NCBI GenBank assembly: GCA_046758965.1
Contig: JBHIBG010000003.1
Coordinates: 13,829 to 77,828 of the forward strand
Length of the DNA: 64,000 bases
Direction of reading: 5' to 3'
Source: Candidatus Methylomirabilia bacterium
Lineage (GTDB): Bacteria > Methylomirabilota > Methylomirabilia > Rokubacteriales > CSP1-6
Shown here: positions 1 through 10,346 of the stretch, piece after piece
Layout: every line of letters starts with the position of its first letter
Position numbering within the stretch: the first letter of the stretch is position 1
Notes under the pieces: generated by a model
What the model was told of the DNA's origin: nothing
Database searches by the model: none
What the model saw: the letters and a program-made list of their open reading frames with translations, nothing else
Made by a program: the position numbers and the translations under genes

Positions 1-132
1 GCTCAGGTGGATCTATGTACTGAATCAAGAGCGTGACGGATAGCTGAGCCATCACGGAGGACAGGATCGCGCTGGCAGACGGTAAGCCTCTGGGTGTCGA
101 CGATTCTTCGAAGGTGGTCCAGGTGCGGAGAC

Positions 133-768
133 TTATACGCCGGCGGCCTCGCGCCTTCTACCTTTTCTGGCCGCTTGTTCTTCCGGCCAGTCCAGCGTCA
201 TCAGGTGGAACCTCAGCTCCTTCGGCCCGAAGAGCACGAGGACCGTCTGGAGCCAGACCGCAATGCCGGAAAGAAACGCGAAGATGAGGCCCATCGTGAA
301 CACCGACTTGATGATCCAACGGCGCGGCAAGCCCACCTGCGAGGCGGAGATTTCCCCGATCTGAAAGGATTCATAGGCGAAATCGAAGGCGAAGTATATG
401 ACCACCGCCAAATAGGGGATCAGGAACAGGCTGCAGCCCAGGAACTCGATCCAGGCCTGCTTGCGGAAGCTCAGCCTCTCCCGGATCAAGTCGACCCGTA
501 TGTGCCTGTTGTTCACATAGGCGTACCCCAGAACCAGGACAAACAGCACCGTGTGGAAGTGCCACTCCAGCTCCTGAATGATGGTTGATCCGAACGCGGA
601 ACCGACATTCTGGATCAGCCAGTACTGCAACCCGCCGATTTTTCGGACCAGAATGTCCCACATCGTCACCAGAACCAGGGGCAGGATGAATACCGAGCCC
701 GCTTTTCCCGCGGCCTCAATGAACTTCTTGAGCCCCATGCTGAAACGGATCAGGAGGTCCACAGGCAT
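133..768 (-). CDS. TRAP transporter small permease (DctQ-like)
   Basis: 211-aa hydrophobic protein with an HIRVDL motif typical of DctQ-family small permeases. It lies directly downstream of a DctM-family gene on the same strand. Confidence 0.6.
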   Translation of the reverse strand: MPVDLLIRFSMGLKKFIEAAGKAGSVFILPLVLVTMWDILVRKIGGLQYWLIQNVGSAFGSTIIQELEWHFHTVLFVLVLGYAYVNNRHIRVDLIRERLSFRKQAWIEFLGCSLFLIPYLAVVIYFAFDFAYESFQIGEISASQVGLPRRWIIKSVFTMGLIFAFLSGIAVWLQTVLVLFGPKELRFHLMTLDWPEEQAARKGRRREAAGV

Positions 769-826
769 CGCTCTCTCCTCCTACCGACACGGCCCCCGCT
801 GATCAGCAGTCTCTTCGGGTCCACCG

Positions 827-2356
827 TCATCCCGCCGCCGGCCCGTAGACCACATACGGCAGATACAGGGCGAGTTTCGGGAACGCCAGTACCGCGATCA
901 CAGCCAGGAGCTGCAGCACCACAAAGGGAATGATCCCGCGATAGATGCTTTCGATCTTGACCTCCTCCGGCGCGATGCCCTTCAGGTAGAAAATCGCGTA
1001 TCCGAAGGGCGGCGTGAGGAACGAGGTCTGGAGGTTCAGCGCCATGAGCACAATGAACCAGAACATCATCTCGTTCGGACCCAACCATCCCGGCAGATGA
1101 TCGCCGAAGTCCAGGCCTACCACCAATGGCCCAAACACCGGAAGGACGATCAGCGTGATCTCGATCCAGTCGAGGAAGAAACCCAGAACAAAGATGACCG
1201 CCATGATCAGCAACAGCAATCCCCAGGGGCCGAGGCCGGCGGCCAGGATCAGACCCTCGACGATGTCGTCACCGCCGAGTGAGCGAAACACATAGGCGAA
1301 GCAGGTGGCGGACATGACGATGAAAAAGATCATCCCGATCGTGAGCGCGGACGCGTAGTTCACGCTCTTTACGAGGTTCCATTTGAGTTTCCGGTTTGCC
1401 GCGGCGAGGACGACCGCCCCAAAAGCTCCCACGGCTCCCGCCTCGCTGGGGGTCGCGAACCCGAAAAGAATAGAGCCTTTGATGAGGAGGATCAGGAACG
1501 TCGGGGGAAGGAAGCCTTTCAAGATCAAGCCCGGGAGCTCCCGACGTGGGACGTACAGCTGATCGCGCGGCAAGGGCGGCGCCATCTTCGGGTTGATCCT
1601 CGCTGCCGTCGCGATGTAAATCAGATAGAACGTGGCCAGAATCAGACCCGGTCCGAGTGCGGTCATAAACACGGTTCCGACCGAGACCGCCAACAGGTCC
1701 GCCATAATGATCAGCATGATGCTCGGCGGAATCAGGATGCCGAGCGTGCCGGACGCCGCGATACACCCGGTCGCGAGCTCCTGGCTGTACTTTTGCCTGA
1801 GCATCGTCGGCAGGGCGAGCGCCGTCATCATCGTAACCGAGGCACCGATGATCCCGGTGATGGCTGCCAGGATGGTCCCCATGACGGTCACGGCAAGGGC
1901 GAGGGCGCCCGGCACGCGACGGAGGAGCACCTGGCAGCAGTAGAGCATTCCATGAGCGACGCCGCTTCGCTCCATCATCACGCCCATGAAGACGAAGGTC
2001 GGAACCGCGACGAGAACCAGGTTCTCCGCGGCCTGGCCCCATATTCGCGGTAGGAAATTGAAAAATTCGATCAGCGAGAAGACACCCAGGAAATACCCGA
2101 TCATGCCGTACGAGAACGCGAGACCGCCCAGAATGAAGGCCACGGGATAGCCCGAGAAGAGAAGGATCCCGAGGTTAGCGAACATCAGAACCGGCAAGTA
2201 GTCCGCGATGGTGTCTATGAACTCGACATCCGAGATGCTGATCCAGATGGCGAGCGCGACAAGCGGAACGATAAGAACGAGGAGGATTATGAGGGCTTTC
2301 GCCCTGGCGTTTACCCTGGCGCCGACAACAATGTCCTGAGCCGACTCGTCTGCCAC
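827..2356 (-). CDS. dctM: TRAP transporter large permease (DctM family)
   Basis: 509-aa polytopic membrane protein. Sequence is characteristic of the DctM/SiaT large-permease family, with an N-terminal extension. Confidence 0.85.
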   Translation of the reverse strand: MADESAQDIVVGARVNARAKALIILLVLIVPLVALAIWISISDVEFIDTIADYLPVLMFANLGILLFSGYPVAFILGGLAFSYGMIGYFLGVFSLIEFFNFLPRIWGQAAENLVLVAVPTFVFMGVMMERSGVAHGMLYCCQVLLRRVPGALALAVTVMGTILAAITGIIGASVTMMTALALPTMLRQKYSQELATGCIAASGTLGILIPPSIMLIIMADLLAVSVGTVFMTALGPGLILATFYLIYIATAARINPKMAPPLPRDQLYVPRRELPGLILKGFLPPTFLILLIKGSILFGFATPSEAGAVGAFGAVVLAAANRKLKWNLVKSVNYASALTIGMIFFIVMSATCFAYVFRSLGGDDIVEGLILAAGLGPWGLLLLIMAVIFVLGFFLDWIEITLIVLPVFGPLVVGLDFGDHLPGWLGPNEMMFWFIVLMALNLQTSFLTPPFGYAIFYLKGIAPEEVKIESIYRGIIPFVVLQLLAVIAVLAFPKLALYLPYVVYGPAAG

Positions 2357-2607
2357 GATCTTTTCCTAGTTCTCCTTCATCACGGCCACGATCTCGGCCG
2401 AGCAGGGATGTGAGCCATGCCGATCAGGCTTGGCACCCTCACAAAAAATCTCGATTTTCAGGTAGTTGTTGTTCGGTCAGGCTATCCGCCCTCATATACC
2501 CTGTCAAGCGGAATCTTTGCCCTTCTCCCATGTCTCTCGACCCCAGGTGCAGGGCATCTTTCAGCGGCCAGCAAGCCGTCGGGTTGTGAAGTCGTGCCCA
2601 CTCTCGC

Positions 2608-2871
2608 TCACGAGTGGTCGTCCCGACCCGCCCCCCAGCGGCGCGCGTGGCGGCACCAGATCTCGTCCAACTTTGTCACAGTGAACGAAGCAACGATCGC
2701 AGTCAATCCGACAACAATCGAAGTTGTGCCAAACCAGAATGCCCTGCCCCTGTTCAGTTCATCTCCGAGGTCGCCACTCCCGAATAGACTGAAGATACCG
2801 AATAGAAGGAACCCTATGCCGACAAGCGCACCAGACGTTCTCTTGAGCAACTGGTCAGTGCGCAGACGCAT
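2608..2871 (-). CDS. small putative membrane protein (two predicted TM helices)
   Basis: ORF 2608..2874 lies in a locally lower-GC stretch. An AAGGAG Shine-Dalgarno sits just upstream of the GTG-ATG start. Composition is hydrophobic (GIGFLLFGIFSLFGSG ... IVVGLTAIVASF). It sits between the iorAB-like gene and dctM on the same strand. Confidence 0.35.
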   Translation of the reverse strand: MRLRTDQLLKRTSGALVGIGFLLFGIFSLFGSGDLGDELNRGRAFWFGTTSIVVGLTAIVASFTVTKLDEIWCRHARRWGAGRDDHS

Positions 2872-2913
2872 CACGCTCCTTCGTGAGGAGCAGGGAATCC
2901 AACGCCCCGGCGG

Positions 2914-5900
2914 CTAGAACCCGAGGGCCCGTACCTCAGCCCAGAACCGCTCGACGCTCCGGAGCTTGATCTCCTCGTAGCCGCGGATGAGATCGGGGAG
3001 GGTGGCCAGCTTCACCGCGCGCTCGTAGCTCTCGGGGGAGAGGCTCGCCAGGGCCTTCTCGACGAGCACCTGGTAGTCGCCGATGAGGGCTCGCTCGACG
3101 CGCCGCAGCTTGGCGTAGCCGAAGGGGTCGGCCGCCGTGCCGCGCAGGGCGCGCAGGGCGACCAGGAGGCGGAAGACCCGGTCGAACCATTTCCCGAGCT
3201 TGACCTTCCTCTTCCAGCCCAGGGCCCGGAGGATCGGGGGGTGCAGGTGGTACTGGATCCGGACGCCTCCCGGGAACTCGGCTGCCAGCGCCTCGGCCAG
3301 CTCCGGCTTGAGATGCAGGCGGGCGACCTCGTACTCGTCCTTGTAGGCCATCAGCTTGAAGAGATGCCGGGCGACGCCCTCGCTGAGCCGGCTCTCGCCA
3401 GGCGCCGCCGCCCGCTCAGCCGCCACCACCTGCTTCACGAACTCGACATACCGGCGGGCGTACGCGGCGCTCTGGTAGGCGATCAGCTCCGGCACGCGGA
3501 GCTCCAGCAGCCGCCGGAGCTCGCCCGTGGCTCCGACAGAGTCCACCAGGGCGCGGGCCTCGTCCGTGAGCGCCGGCCTCACCTCCACGGCTCCCAAACG
3601 CGGTCGCTCGACGGTCTTCACCCACTCGGGATCGGCGACGAGCAACCGGCCGACGCCGAACGCCTGCGTGTTCATCTGGACGGCCACGCCGTTCAGCGCG
3701 ATCGCCTCCTCGATGGCCGCGGCGCTCACCGGGATGGCGCCCGCCTGATAGGCGGCGCCGAGCAGGATCATGTTGGCGGCCATGTGGTCATTGAAGAGCG
3801 CCTCGGCCAGGCCCAGGGCGTCCACGAGGACGTTCTCGTCCTTCCGCGTGAGCCGGTTGATCGCGGTGATGAGCCCGCTCTCGTCGGGGAACTGGACACC
3901 CGTGGACGACACCATCGCGCCCGTCGGCACCTGGCTCGTGGATACGACCGCGATGGTCTTGTCCGGCCGCGCGCGATCGAGGTGCTGCGGATTCGTCGCG
4001 ACCAGGATGTCGAAGGCGAGATAGCAGTCCGCCTCTCCCGCCGCGATCCTATTCGAGACCTCCGACGGCCTATCGGACATCTTCAGGTGGGAGACCACCG
4101 GCCCGGCCTTCTGGCTGAGGCCTGTCTGATCCAGCCCGCGGACGTGCCTGCCATCGAGGAGCGCCGCCGTGCCCAGAATCTGGTTCACGGTCACGACCCC
4201 GGTGCCGCCGATGCCCATCAGGAAGAGGTTGGGGTTGCGGGACACTTTGAGCGCCGGCTCGGGGAGCTCCCGGTCGACCGCGTAGCCCTTTCGCTCCTGC
4301 TTCCTTGGCTCGCCGAGCGGGATGACCGTCAGGAACGACGGGCAATCCCCCAGCAGGCAGGAGTAGTCCTTGTTGCAGGATGACTGGTGGATCTGGGTCT
4401 TCCGGCCGAACTCCGTCTCGACCGGGTGGACGCTGAGGCAGTTGGACTTCGCCCCGCAGTCGCCGCATCCCTCGCAGATCGCCTCGTTGATGAAGATCCG
4501 CATGGCGGGGTCGGGGAGCTTCCCCCGCTTGCGCAGCCGCCGCTTCTCGGCGGCGCAGCGCTGGTCGTAGATCAGGGCCGTCACGCCCGGGGTCTCCCGA
4601 AGCATGCGCTGGCCCTCGTCGAGACGGTCCCGGTGCCAGATCTCAACGCCGGCCGCCCACCGGGCGCCCCTGGGGTATGCCCGGGGCTCATCGGTCATCA
4701 CGATGATGCGCTTCACCCCTTCAGCCTCGAGCTGTCGCGTGAGCCCCGGCACCCCCACGGCGCCCGCGGCGTCCTGGCCGCCCGTCATCGCGACCGAGGA
4801 GTTGTAGAGGATCTTGTAGGTGATGTTCGTGCCGGCCGCGACGGCCTGACGGATTGCCAAGGAGCCCGAATGGAAGAGCGTGCCGTCGCCGAGGTTTTGG
4901 AACATGTGCGGCATCTCGGTGAACGGCGCGATGCCGACCCACTGCGCGCCTTCGCCGCCCATGTGGGTGATGCCGACGGTGCCGCGGTTCATGGCGAGCG
5001 CCATGCCGTGGCAGCCGATGCCGCCACCCGCGAGGGACCCTTCCGGCACCACGGTCGAGCGGTTGTGGGGGCACCCGGAGCAGAAGTACGGCTGGCGGGC
5101 CAGCGTCAGCGGCGTCGGCCGCTCGCGAAGCGCCTCGAGAAGCGCCACCCGAGCCGTGATCGACTCGAGATGCAGCCGCCGCTCGAGCCTCACAGCGACG
5201 ATCCGGGCGATCGCGTCGGCATCCAGCTCGCCGTCCGCGCGCACCAGGACGCCCCCCTGCTCATCGCGCTTGCCGACGACCCGCGGCCGCTCCGCCTGGT
5301 CGTACAGGATGTCGCGGATAAACAGCTCGGTGAAGGCGCGCTTCTCCTCGATGACCAGCAGCTCTTCCAGGCCGCGGCCGAACTCCCGGACAATGCCGGG
5401 CTCCATCGGGAAGAGCATGCCGATCTTGAGCAGCCGGATCCCGTAGCGCCGCAGAGCGTGGTCGTCGAGGCCCAGCTCCTGGAGCGCCTGCCGGAGATCG
5501 TAGTAGGTCTTGCCCGGCGCGGCGATGCCGAGCCAGGCGTCGGGCGTCGGCACGCTGATCCGGTTCAGGCCGTTCGCCGCCGCGAACGCCTTGGCGGCCT
5601 CGAGACGCCCGTAGTGGATCTCGCGCTCCGTCTCCAGGGCGAACGGCGGCAGGAGCATCGGGTTCTGCCTGGCCCGCCAGGGCTGCCCGTCGTAGATGAA
5701 GCCGGGATCGGCGACCCCCACGCGGTTCGGCGACACCTCGGCCGTGCCGACCTCGTCGGCAACGTCCGTCACGATCTTGAAGCCCACCCAGAGGCCGGAG
5801 TAGCGCGACAGCTCGAAGCCGAGCCGGCCGAGATCGAGGACCTCCTGCACGCTCCCCGGAAACAGCACCGGGAAGAGGAGATCGTAGAAGGCAACCTCCG

Positions 5901-6378
5901 AGTGAGTCGGGAGCGTCGAGGACTTCGAGAACGGGTCATCCCCGGCGAGAGCGAGGACTCCGCCGTACCGGCCGACCCCGGCGAAGTTGGCGTGCCTGAA
6001 GATGTCGCCGCTGCGGTCGACCCCCGGCGCCTTGCCGTACCAGATCCCGAGCACGCCGTCGTACTTCGGCTTCGGATACAGGTTGGCGAGCTGGCTCCCG
6101 AAGATGGCGGTCGCGCCGAGGTCCTCGTTGACGCCCGAGATGAAGACGACGTGGTGCTGCCGGAGGAGCTCCCGGTTACGCTCGAGAGTGATGTCGAGTC
6201 CGCCGAGAGGGGAGCCGCGGTACCCGGAGATGAGGGTGGCGGTGCGAAGCCCCCGGCGCCTGTCGGCCCGGTGCTGGTCCAGAGGCAGCCGGACGAGCGC
6301 CTGGATCCCCGAGAGAAAGATCAGCCCCTCTTCCCGGTCGTACTTGGAGTCCAGCGACAAGCGCGTGGTGCTCAGCAT
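2914..6378 (-). CDS. indolepyruvate/2-oxoacid:ferredoxin oxidoreductase, fused alpha-beta (IorA/IorB family)
   Basis: 1154-aa protein with a TPP-enzyme-like N-terminal region, the 4Fe-4S ferredoxin motif CEGCGDCGAKSNC, and a C-terminal IorB-like region. This is the typical fused ~1150-aa IOR family protein. Confidence 0.85.
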   Translation of the reverse strand: MLSTTRLSLDSKYDREEGLIFLSGIQALVRLPLDQHRADRRRGLRTATLISGYRGSPLGGLDITLERNRELLRQHHVVFISGVNEDLGATAIFGSQLANLYPKPKYDGVLGIWYGKAPGVDRSGDIFRHANFAGVGRYGGVLALAGDDPFSKSSTLPTHSEVAFYDLLFPVLFPGSVQEVLDLGRLGFELSRYSGLWVGFKIVTDVADEVGTAEVSPNRVGVADPGFIYDGQPWRARQNPMLLPPFALETEREIHYGRLEAAKAFAAANGLNRISVPTPDAWLGIAAPGKTYYDLRQALQELGLDDHALRRYGIRLLKIGMLFPMEPGIVREFGRGLEELLVIEEKRAFTELFIRDILYDQAERPRVVGKRDEQGGVLVRADGELDADAIARIVAVRLERRLHLESITARVALLEALRERPTPLTLARQPYFCSGCPHNRSTVVPEGSLAGGGIGCHGMALAMNRGTVGITHMGGEGAQWVGIAPFTEMPHMFQNLGDGTLFHSGSLAIRQAVAAGTNITYKILYNSSVAMTGGQDAAGAVGVPGLTRQLEAEGVKRIIVMTDEPRAYPRGARWAAGVEIWHRDRLDEGQRMLRETPGVTALIYDQRCAAEKRRLRKRGKLPDPAMRIFINEAICEGCGDCGAKSNCLSVHPVETEFGRKTQIHQSSCNKDYSCLLGDCPSFLTVIPLGEPRKQERKGYAVDRELPEPALKVSRNPNLFLMGIGGTGVVTVNQILGTAALLDGRHVRGLDQTGLSQKAGPVVSHLKMSDRPSEVSNRIAAGEADCYLAFDILVATNPQHLDRARPDKTIAVVSTSQVPTGAMVSSTGVQFPDESGLITAINRLTRKDENVLVDALGLAEALFNDHMAANMILLGAAYQAGAIPVSAAAIEEAIALNGVAVQMNTQAFGVGRLLVADPEWVKTVERPRLGAVEVRPALTDEARALVDSVGATGELRRLLELRVPELIAYQSAAYARRYVEFVKQVVAAERAAAPGESRLSEGVARHLFKLMAYKDEYEVARLHLKPELAEALAAEFPGGVRIQYHLHPPILRALGWKRKVKLGKWFDRVFRLLVALRALRGTAADPFGYAKLRRVERALIGDYQVLVEKALASLSPESYERAVKLATLPDLIRGYEEIKLRSVERFWAEVRALGF

Positions 6379-6544
6379 AGTCGATCTCCCGCCGGCCTGC
6401 CGTGTCTCATCGCGCCCTGGTGCGAATCACGGCGCCGGGCTCAGGTGAGAACTCTCCCGACCACCCGCTCGGTCAACGCGCCCCATGCAGCTGGAAGTTC
6501 GGATCTGTCCACCGAACTACAGGTCCTCGGCTAGTGAGGCCTGG

Positions 6545-6913
6545 CTAACCTGTGGCAACAATCACCACAGGCATACGAACAAGGCGGCGATGGCGCGAAT
6601 CCACGGTAAAGCCTAAGCCCTCAAGGCTGTAAGCGCCAAGGAGCGGCTGGGTTGCCCGTTTGCCGAAGAGCACAAGGGTCGTTACGGATCGGCCGTTTAT
6701 ATGCAAGCGTGCCTCGCCTACTTTCCACCGAGCCTTCCGCCCGTCGGCGAACTGCACTGTTTCCTCGCCGGTCGGCGAAACTCTCAATGCCGAGAGAACG
6801 TCTCGAGGGACCACGGTGAAGAAGGCACCCGTATCAACCAGAAAACGGAGCTTCCGCTGCCGCTTTGAATCAGCAGGAGGCGCTAACGTTCCCTCGACAT
6901 AAAAGATTGCCAT
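6545..6913 (-). CDS. retropepsin-like (clan AA) aspartic protease domain protein
   Basis: 122-aa ORF with LVDTGA (the D-T/S-G-A aspartyl-protease signature) followed by hydrophobic residues. The ORF and its flanks are lower in GC than the neighbours. Confidence 0.55.
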   Translation of the reverse strand: MAIFYVEGTLAPPADSKRQRKLRFLVDTGAFFTVVPRDVLSALRVSPTGEETVQFADGRKARWKVGEARLHINGRSVTTLVLFGKRATQPLLGAYSLEGLGFTVDSRHRRLVRMPVVIVATG

Positions 6914-6928
6914 GGCGTTTTGATTTGA

Positions 6929-8242
6929 TTAACCGAGCCCCGGGAACCAGCGCAGCAGCGGCGAGCCCTCGAGCAGGATCCGATCCTCCCGCGTCGCGCC
7001 CGTCGAGACGAGACTGACCTCAACGCCGCTCAGCTCGGCCAGCCGTTCCAGATACTGCCGGGCCTTGGTGGGCAGCTCATCGTAGAATCGGAGGCCCCGG
7101 GTCGAGGAGAGCCACCCGGACATCTCCTCGTACACCGGCTCGGCTTCTCTCCAGATCCGCTCCTCCTCGGGAAACTCGGTGATCAGCTCGCCCCGGTAGC
7201 GGTAGCCCACGCAGATCTTGACGCTCTCGCACTCATCCAGCACGTCCAGCTTCGTCACCGCGACCGCATCCAGGCCGTTGACCCGAGAGGCGTAGCGGAG
7301 CACGACCGCATCGAACCAGCCGCAGCGGCGCGGCCGCCCCGTGGTGGCACCGTACTCGTTGCCCCGGGCGCGGAGGAGGTCCGCCAGCTCCCCGGTGAGC
7401 TCGGTGGGGAAGGGGCCGCGGCCGACGCGGGTCGTGTAGGCCTTGGCCACCCCGAGCACCCCGTGGATTCTGGTCGGCGGCACGCCCGTGCCCGTGGTGG
7501 CACCCCCCGCGGTGGTGCTCGAGGAGGTGATAAAGGGGTAGGTCCCGTGATCGATGTCGAGCATGGTCCCCTGCGCCCCCTCGAAGAGTACCGACTGGCC
7601 TTCCTCGATCCAGCGAGCGAGGAGGAGAGCGGTATCGGTGATGTAGGGAGCCAGCCACCCGGCGTAGCGGAGGTAGGGCCCCAGGATCTCCTCCACGGAG
7701 AAGGTCGGGGCATCGTAGATCTCCCGGAGCAGCCGGTTCTTCTCCCGGACGTTGGCTTCGAGCTTCTCACGGAACAGGGGCTCGTCCAGGAGGTCGGCCA
7801 TCCGGATCCCCATCCGCGCCGCCTTGTCCATGTAGGCGGGCCCGACCCCGCGCCCGGTGGTGCCGATCCGGCGGCGCCCCAGCTTCGCCTCCGAGGCCAG
7901 ATCGAGCGCCCGATGATACGGCAGGATCAGGTTGGCGTTCTTGGAGATGAAGAGGTTGCCGTCGAGGATCACGCCCCGACGGACCAGCGCCTCCATCTCC
8001 TCGATCAGCGAGCCGGGGTCCACCACCACGCCACAGCCGATCACGCACCGGCACTGGCGGTGGAGGATCCCGGAGGGGATGGAGTGGAGCACGAACTTCT
8101 CCTTCCCCACCACCACGGTGTGACCGGCGTTGTTGCCGCCCTGGTAGCGGACCACCACCTCCGCGTGGGGAGCCAGAACATCCACGACCTTTCCCTTCCC
8201 CTCGTCGCCCCACTGGGTCCCGACCACCACGATGTTAGGCAC
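6929..8242 (-). CDS. purA: adenylosuccinate synthetase
   Basis: Protein begins VPNIVVVGTQWGDEGKGK (GTG start) and carries the GDEGKGK P-loop and full-length PurA similarity. The start overlaps the hisZ stop (GTGCCTAA). The longer ORF 6929..9223 in the track is an upstream read-through artefact of high GC. Confidence 0.9.
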   Translation of the reverse strand: MPNIVVVGTQWGDEGKGKVVDVLAPHAEVVVRYQGGNNAGHTVVVGKEKFVLHSIPSGILHRQCRCVIGCGVVVDPGSLIEEMEALVRRGVILDGNLFISKNANLILPYHRALDLASEAKLGRRRIGTTGRGVGPAYMDKAARMGIRMADLLDEPLFREKLEANVREKNRLLREIYDAPTFSVEEILGPYLRYAGWLAPYITDTALLLARWIEEGQSVLFEGAQGTMLDIDHGTYPFITSSSTTAGGATTGTGVPPTRIHGVLGVAKAYTTRVGRGPFPTELTGELADLLRARGNEYGATTGRPRRCGWFDAVVLRYASRVNGLDAVAVTKLDVLDECESVKICVGYRYRGELITEFPEEERIWREAEPVYEEMSGWLSSTRGLRFYDELPTKARQYLERLAELSGVEVSLVSTGATREDRILLEGSPLLRWFPGLG

Positions 8243-9554
8243 GGCCCGCTCCGCCGAGTCCGGGGAAGTGTGCCTGTGGCTCGTCGAGGAGGGCCGCCGC
8301 CACCACCACCCGCTCCACGCCGATCTCCAGCTCCCGGACCCACACCTGATCCGCCCCCGTCCTGGGGCCTCCCACCACCAGCACCCACCGCGCCCGCTGC
8401 CGGGCGGCGTAGGCCAACGACTCCTCGAGCCCCCGGGTGATGATGTCGCGCGCGACGGTGGCTCCCAGGCTGCGGAGCCGCCGCGACAGGGAGAGCGCGA
8501 CGGTTTTCTCCTGGGTGAAGTCGATGATGAAGAAGTCGGGGCCGGGGAGCGGCACCACCACGCCCTGCGCCTCCATGGCGAGCAGGATCCGGTCCACGTC
8601 GAAGGCGAACCCCGTGGCCGGGCAGTCGAAGCCGAAGCGGCCCAGCATCTGGTCGTAGCGGCCGCCGCCGCAGAGATCCGTGCCGAGACCCGCGACGTAC
8701 CCTTCGAAATGGACCCCGGAGTAGTAGTCGAACCCCCGGACCTCTCCCAGGTCCAGAATGATCGAGTCGGACAGGCCGTAGACGCAGAGGAGGCGATAGA
8801 CCTCCGCCAGGTTGGCCAGGGCGCGTTCGGACCGGGGATTCTTGACCAGGCCGCCGGCCCGCTCGAGCACCTCCTCCCGGCCGAAGAGCCCCGGAAGCGC
8901 CAGCAGCAGCTCGGCGGTGGCCGCCGGCGGAGAGAGCGCCGCGACGAGCTGCTCGAGGGCCGAGCCGTCCTTGCGCGAGAGCGCCTGCTGAAGCTCCCGT
9001 CCCCGCAGCCGGTCCGTCCGGAGCTCCTCGAGGATGCCGCGGAAGAAGTCGGCCTGGCCAACGTTGATCTGGAACTGCCCGAGGCCGAGCGCGCGGAGCC
9101 CCTCCACCGCCATCGCCACCATCTCCGCATCGGCCTCCGGCTGTTCGAGCCCCACGAGTTCCACGCCGGCCTGATAGAACTCCCGGTGGCGACCCAGCTG
9201 AGGATCGTCGTAGCGGAAGACATTTCCCACGTAGGCCAGCCGAAGGGGCTTCGGCTGATCCCTCAACCGTGTCGCGACGACGCGGGCGATCTGCGGCGTG
9301 ATGTCGGCGCGAAGCGCCAGCATCCGGCCCGTCTCCCGGTCCACGAGCTTGAACATCCGCTCCTGAAGGTCCGCATCGGTTCCCAGGGAGAGGACGTCAA
9401 AGTACTCGTAGGTGGGAGTCACCACCTCCCGGAACCCCCATTGGCGAAAGACGGAGAGGACGCGCTCTTCCACGTAGCGCTTGCGCGCCGCCTCGTCGGG
9501 CAGGTAGGTCTTGGCTCCCTTGGGGAGCTGGCTCGGGAGGACACGCCGGTCCAT
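8235..9554 (-). CDS. hisZ: ATP phosphoribosyltransferase regulatory subunit (HisS paralog)
   Basis: 439-aa class-II aaRS-like catalytic core (histidyl-tRNA synthetase-like) without an anticodon-binding domain. The conserved hisZ-purA gene pair is present. Confidence 0.8.
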   Translation of the reverse strand: MDRRVLPSQLPKGAKTYLPDEAARKRYVEERVLSVFRQWGFREVVTPTYEYFDVLSLGTDADLQERMFKLVDRETGRMLALRADITPQIARVVATRLRDQPKPLRLAYVGNVFRYDDPQLGRHREFYQAGVELVGLEQPEADAEMVAMAVEGLRALGLGQFQINVGQADFFRGILEELRTDRLRGRELQQALSRKDGSALEQLVAALSPPAATAELLLALPGLFGREEVLERAGGLVKNPRSERALANLAEVYRLLCVYGLSDSIILDLGEVRGFDYYSGVHFEGYVAGLGTDLCGGGRYDQMLGRFGFDCPATGFAFDVDRILLAMEAQGVVVPLPGPDFFIIDFTQEKTVALSLSRRLRSLGATVARDIITRGLEESLAYAARQRARWVLVVGGPRTGADQVWVRELEIGVERVVVAAALLDEPQAHFPGLGGAGRA

Positions 9555-9556
9555 GG

Positions 9557-10225
9557 CTAAGCCTGCCGGGGGACGAGTGGCTCCGCGGCGCCCGTGGCCT
9601 CCCCCCGGGAGCCGTCCAAGTGAGCGAGCGTGTTGATCCGGTGCACGGTCACCCCGCCCCTCCGATACTCGAGCTCCGAGATACCCGTGGATGCCGCGTG
9701 AATGGACCAGAGCTCGGCAGGCGGCAGGCCGAGGGCCTCGAGGACGAGAAGCCGGATCGCGACCCCATGGGTGACCAGGCAGACGGTCTCCCCCGCGTGC
9801 GCCGCTCTGAGGCGCATGAGCCCCTCCAGCACGCGCCCCCGCACCTGAGCCAGGCTCTCTCCGTCCGGCATCGTGACGACCTGGGGACGCTCCTCCCAGG
9901 CCGCATACAGGTCGGGGAACTGAGCCTGCACTTCGGCCGCGGTAAGCCCCTCCCAGAGGCCGTGGCAGATCTCCCGGAAGGCAGGGTCGACGATGACAGG
10001 GAGAGCGTGAGGCCGGGCGATAGCCGCCGCCGTCTCCTGAGCCCGGCTGAGCGGGCTGGCGTAGATCGCCTTCAGCGGGAAGTCAGCCAGCGCACAACAG
10101 GCGGCCTCGGCCTGAGCCCGCCCCTCGGCGGACAGAGGGATATCCAGGCAGCCCTGGTAGCGCAACTCCCGGTTCCACTCAGTGAGGCCATGTCTCAGCG
10201 CGATCAGGCGAAAGCCCATCGTCAC
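9557..10225 (-). CDS. histidine phosphatase family protein (phosphoglycerate mutase-like)
   Basis: N-terminal LRHGLTEWN (the RHG catalytic motif). Protein is 222 aa. Confidence 0.75.
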   Translation of the reverse strand: MTMGFRLIALRHGLTEWNRELRYQGCLDIPLSAEGRAQAEAACCALADFPLKAIYASPLSRAQETAAAIARPHALPVIVDPAFREICHGLWEGLTAAEVQAQFPDLYAAWEERPQVVTMPDGESLAQVRGRVLEGLMRLRAAHAGETVCLVTHGVAIRLLVLEALGLPPAELWSIHAASTGISELEYRRGGVTVHRINTLAHLDGSRGEATGAAEPLVPRQA

Positions 10226-10346
10226 ACCCCGGCATTATACCAGCCATTGAGGCCGGGAACGATCGCCCGGAGCGGCTTGACAGGAGCCTTGCATGAGGCA
10301 ATCCTTGGGGGCACCGGGCAGCTCCCCTCAAGGAGGTCACTGACGG

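Noticed and set aside
4387-6534. 715-aa plus-strand ORF antisense to the IOR gene, and similar very long antisense ORFs (e.g. 8232..9560, 12333..14108, 16359..18122, 48991..50829, 62299..63669)
   Set aside because: These are Arg/Pro/Gly-rich low-complexity translations typical of stop-codon-poor high-GC DNA. Each is fully antisense to a gene with clear homology.
6929-9223. 764-aa ORF suggesting a giant purA fusion
   Set aside because: PurA homology begins at the GTG at 8242 (VPNIVVVGTQWGDEGKGK). The upstream 327 codons are Ser/Arg/Pro-rich read-through, antisense or overlapping hisZ.
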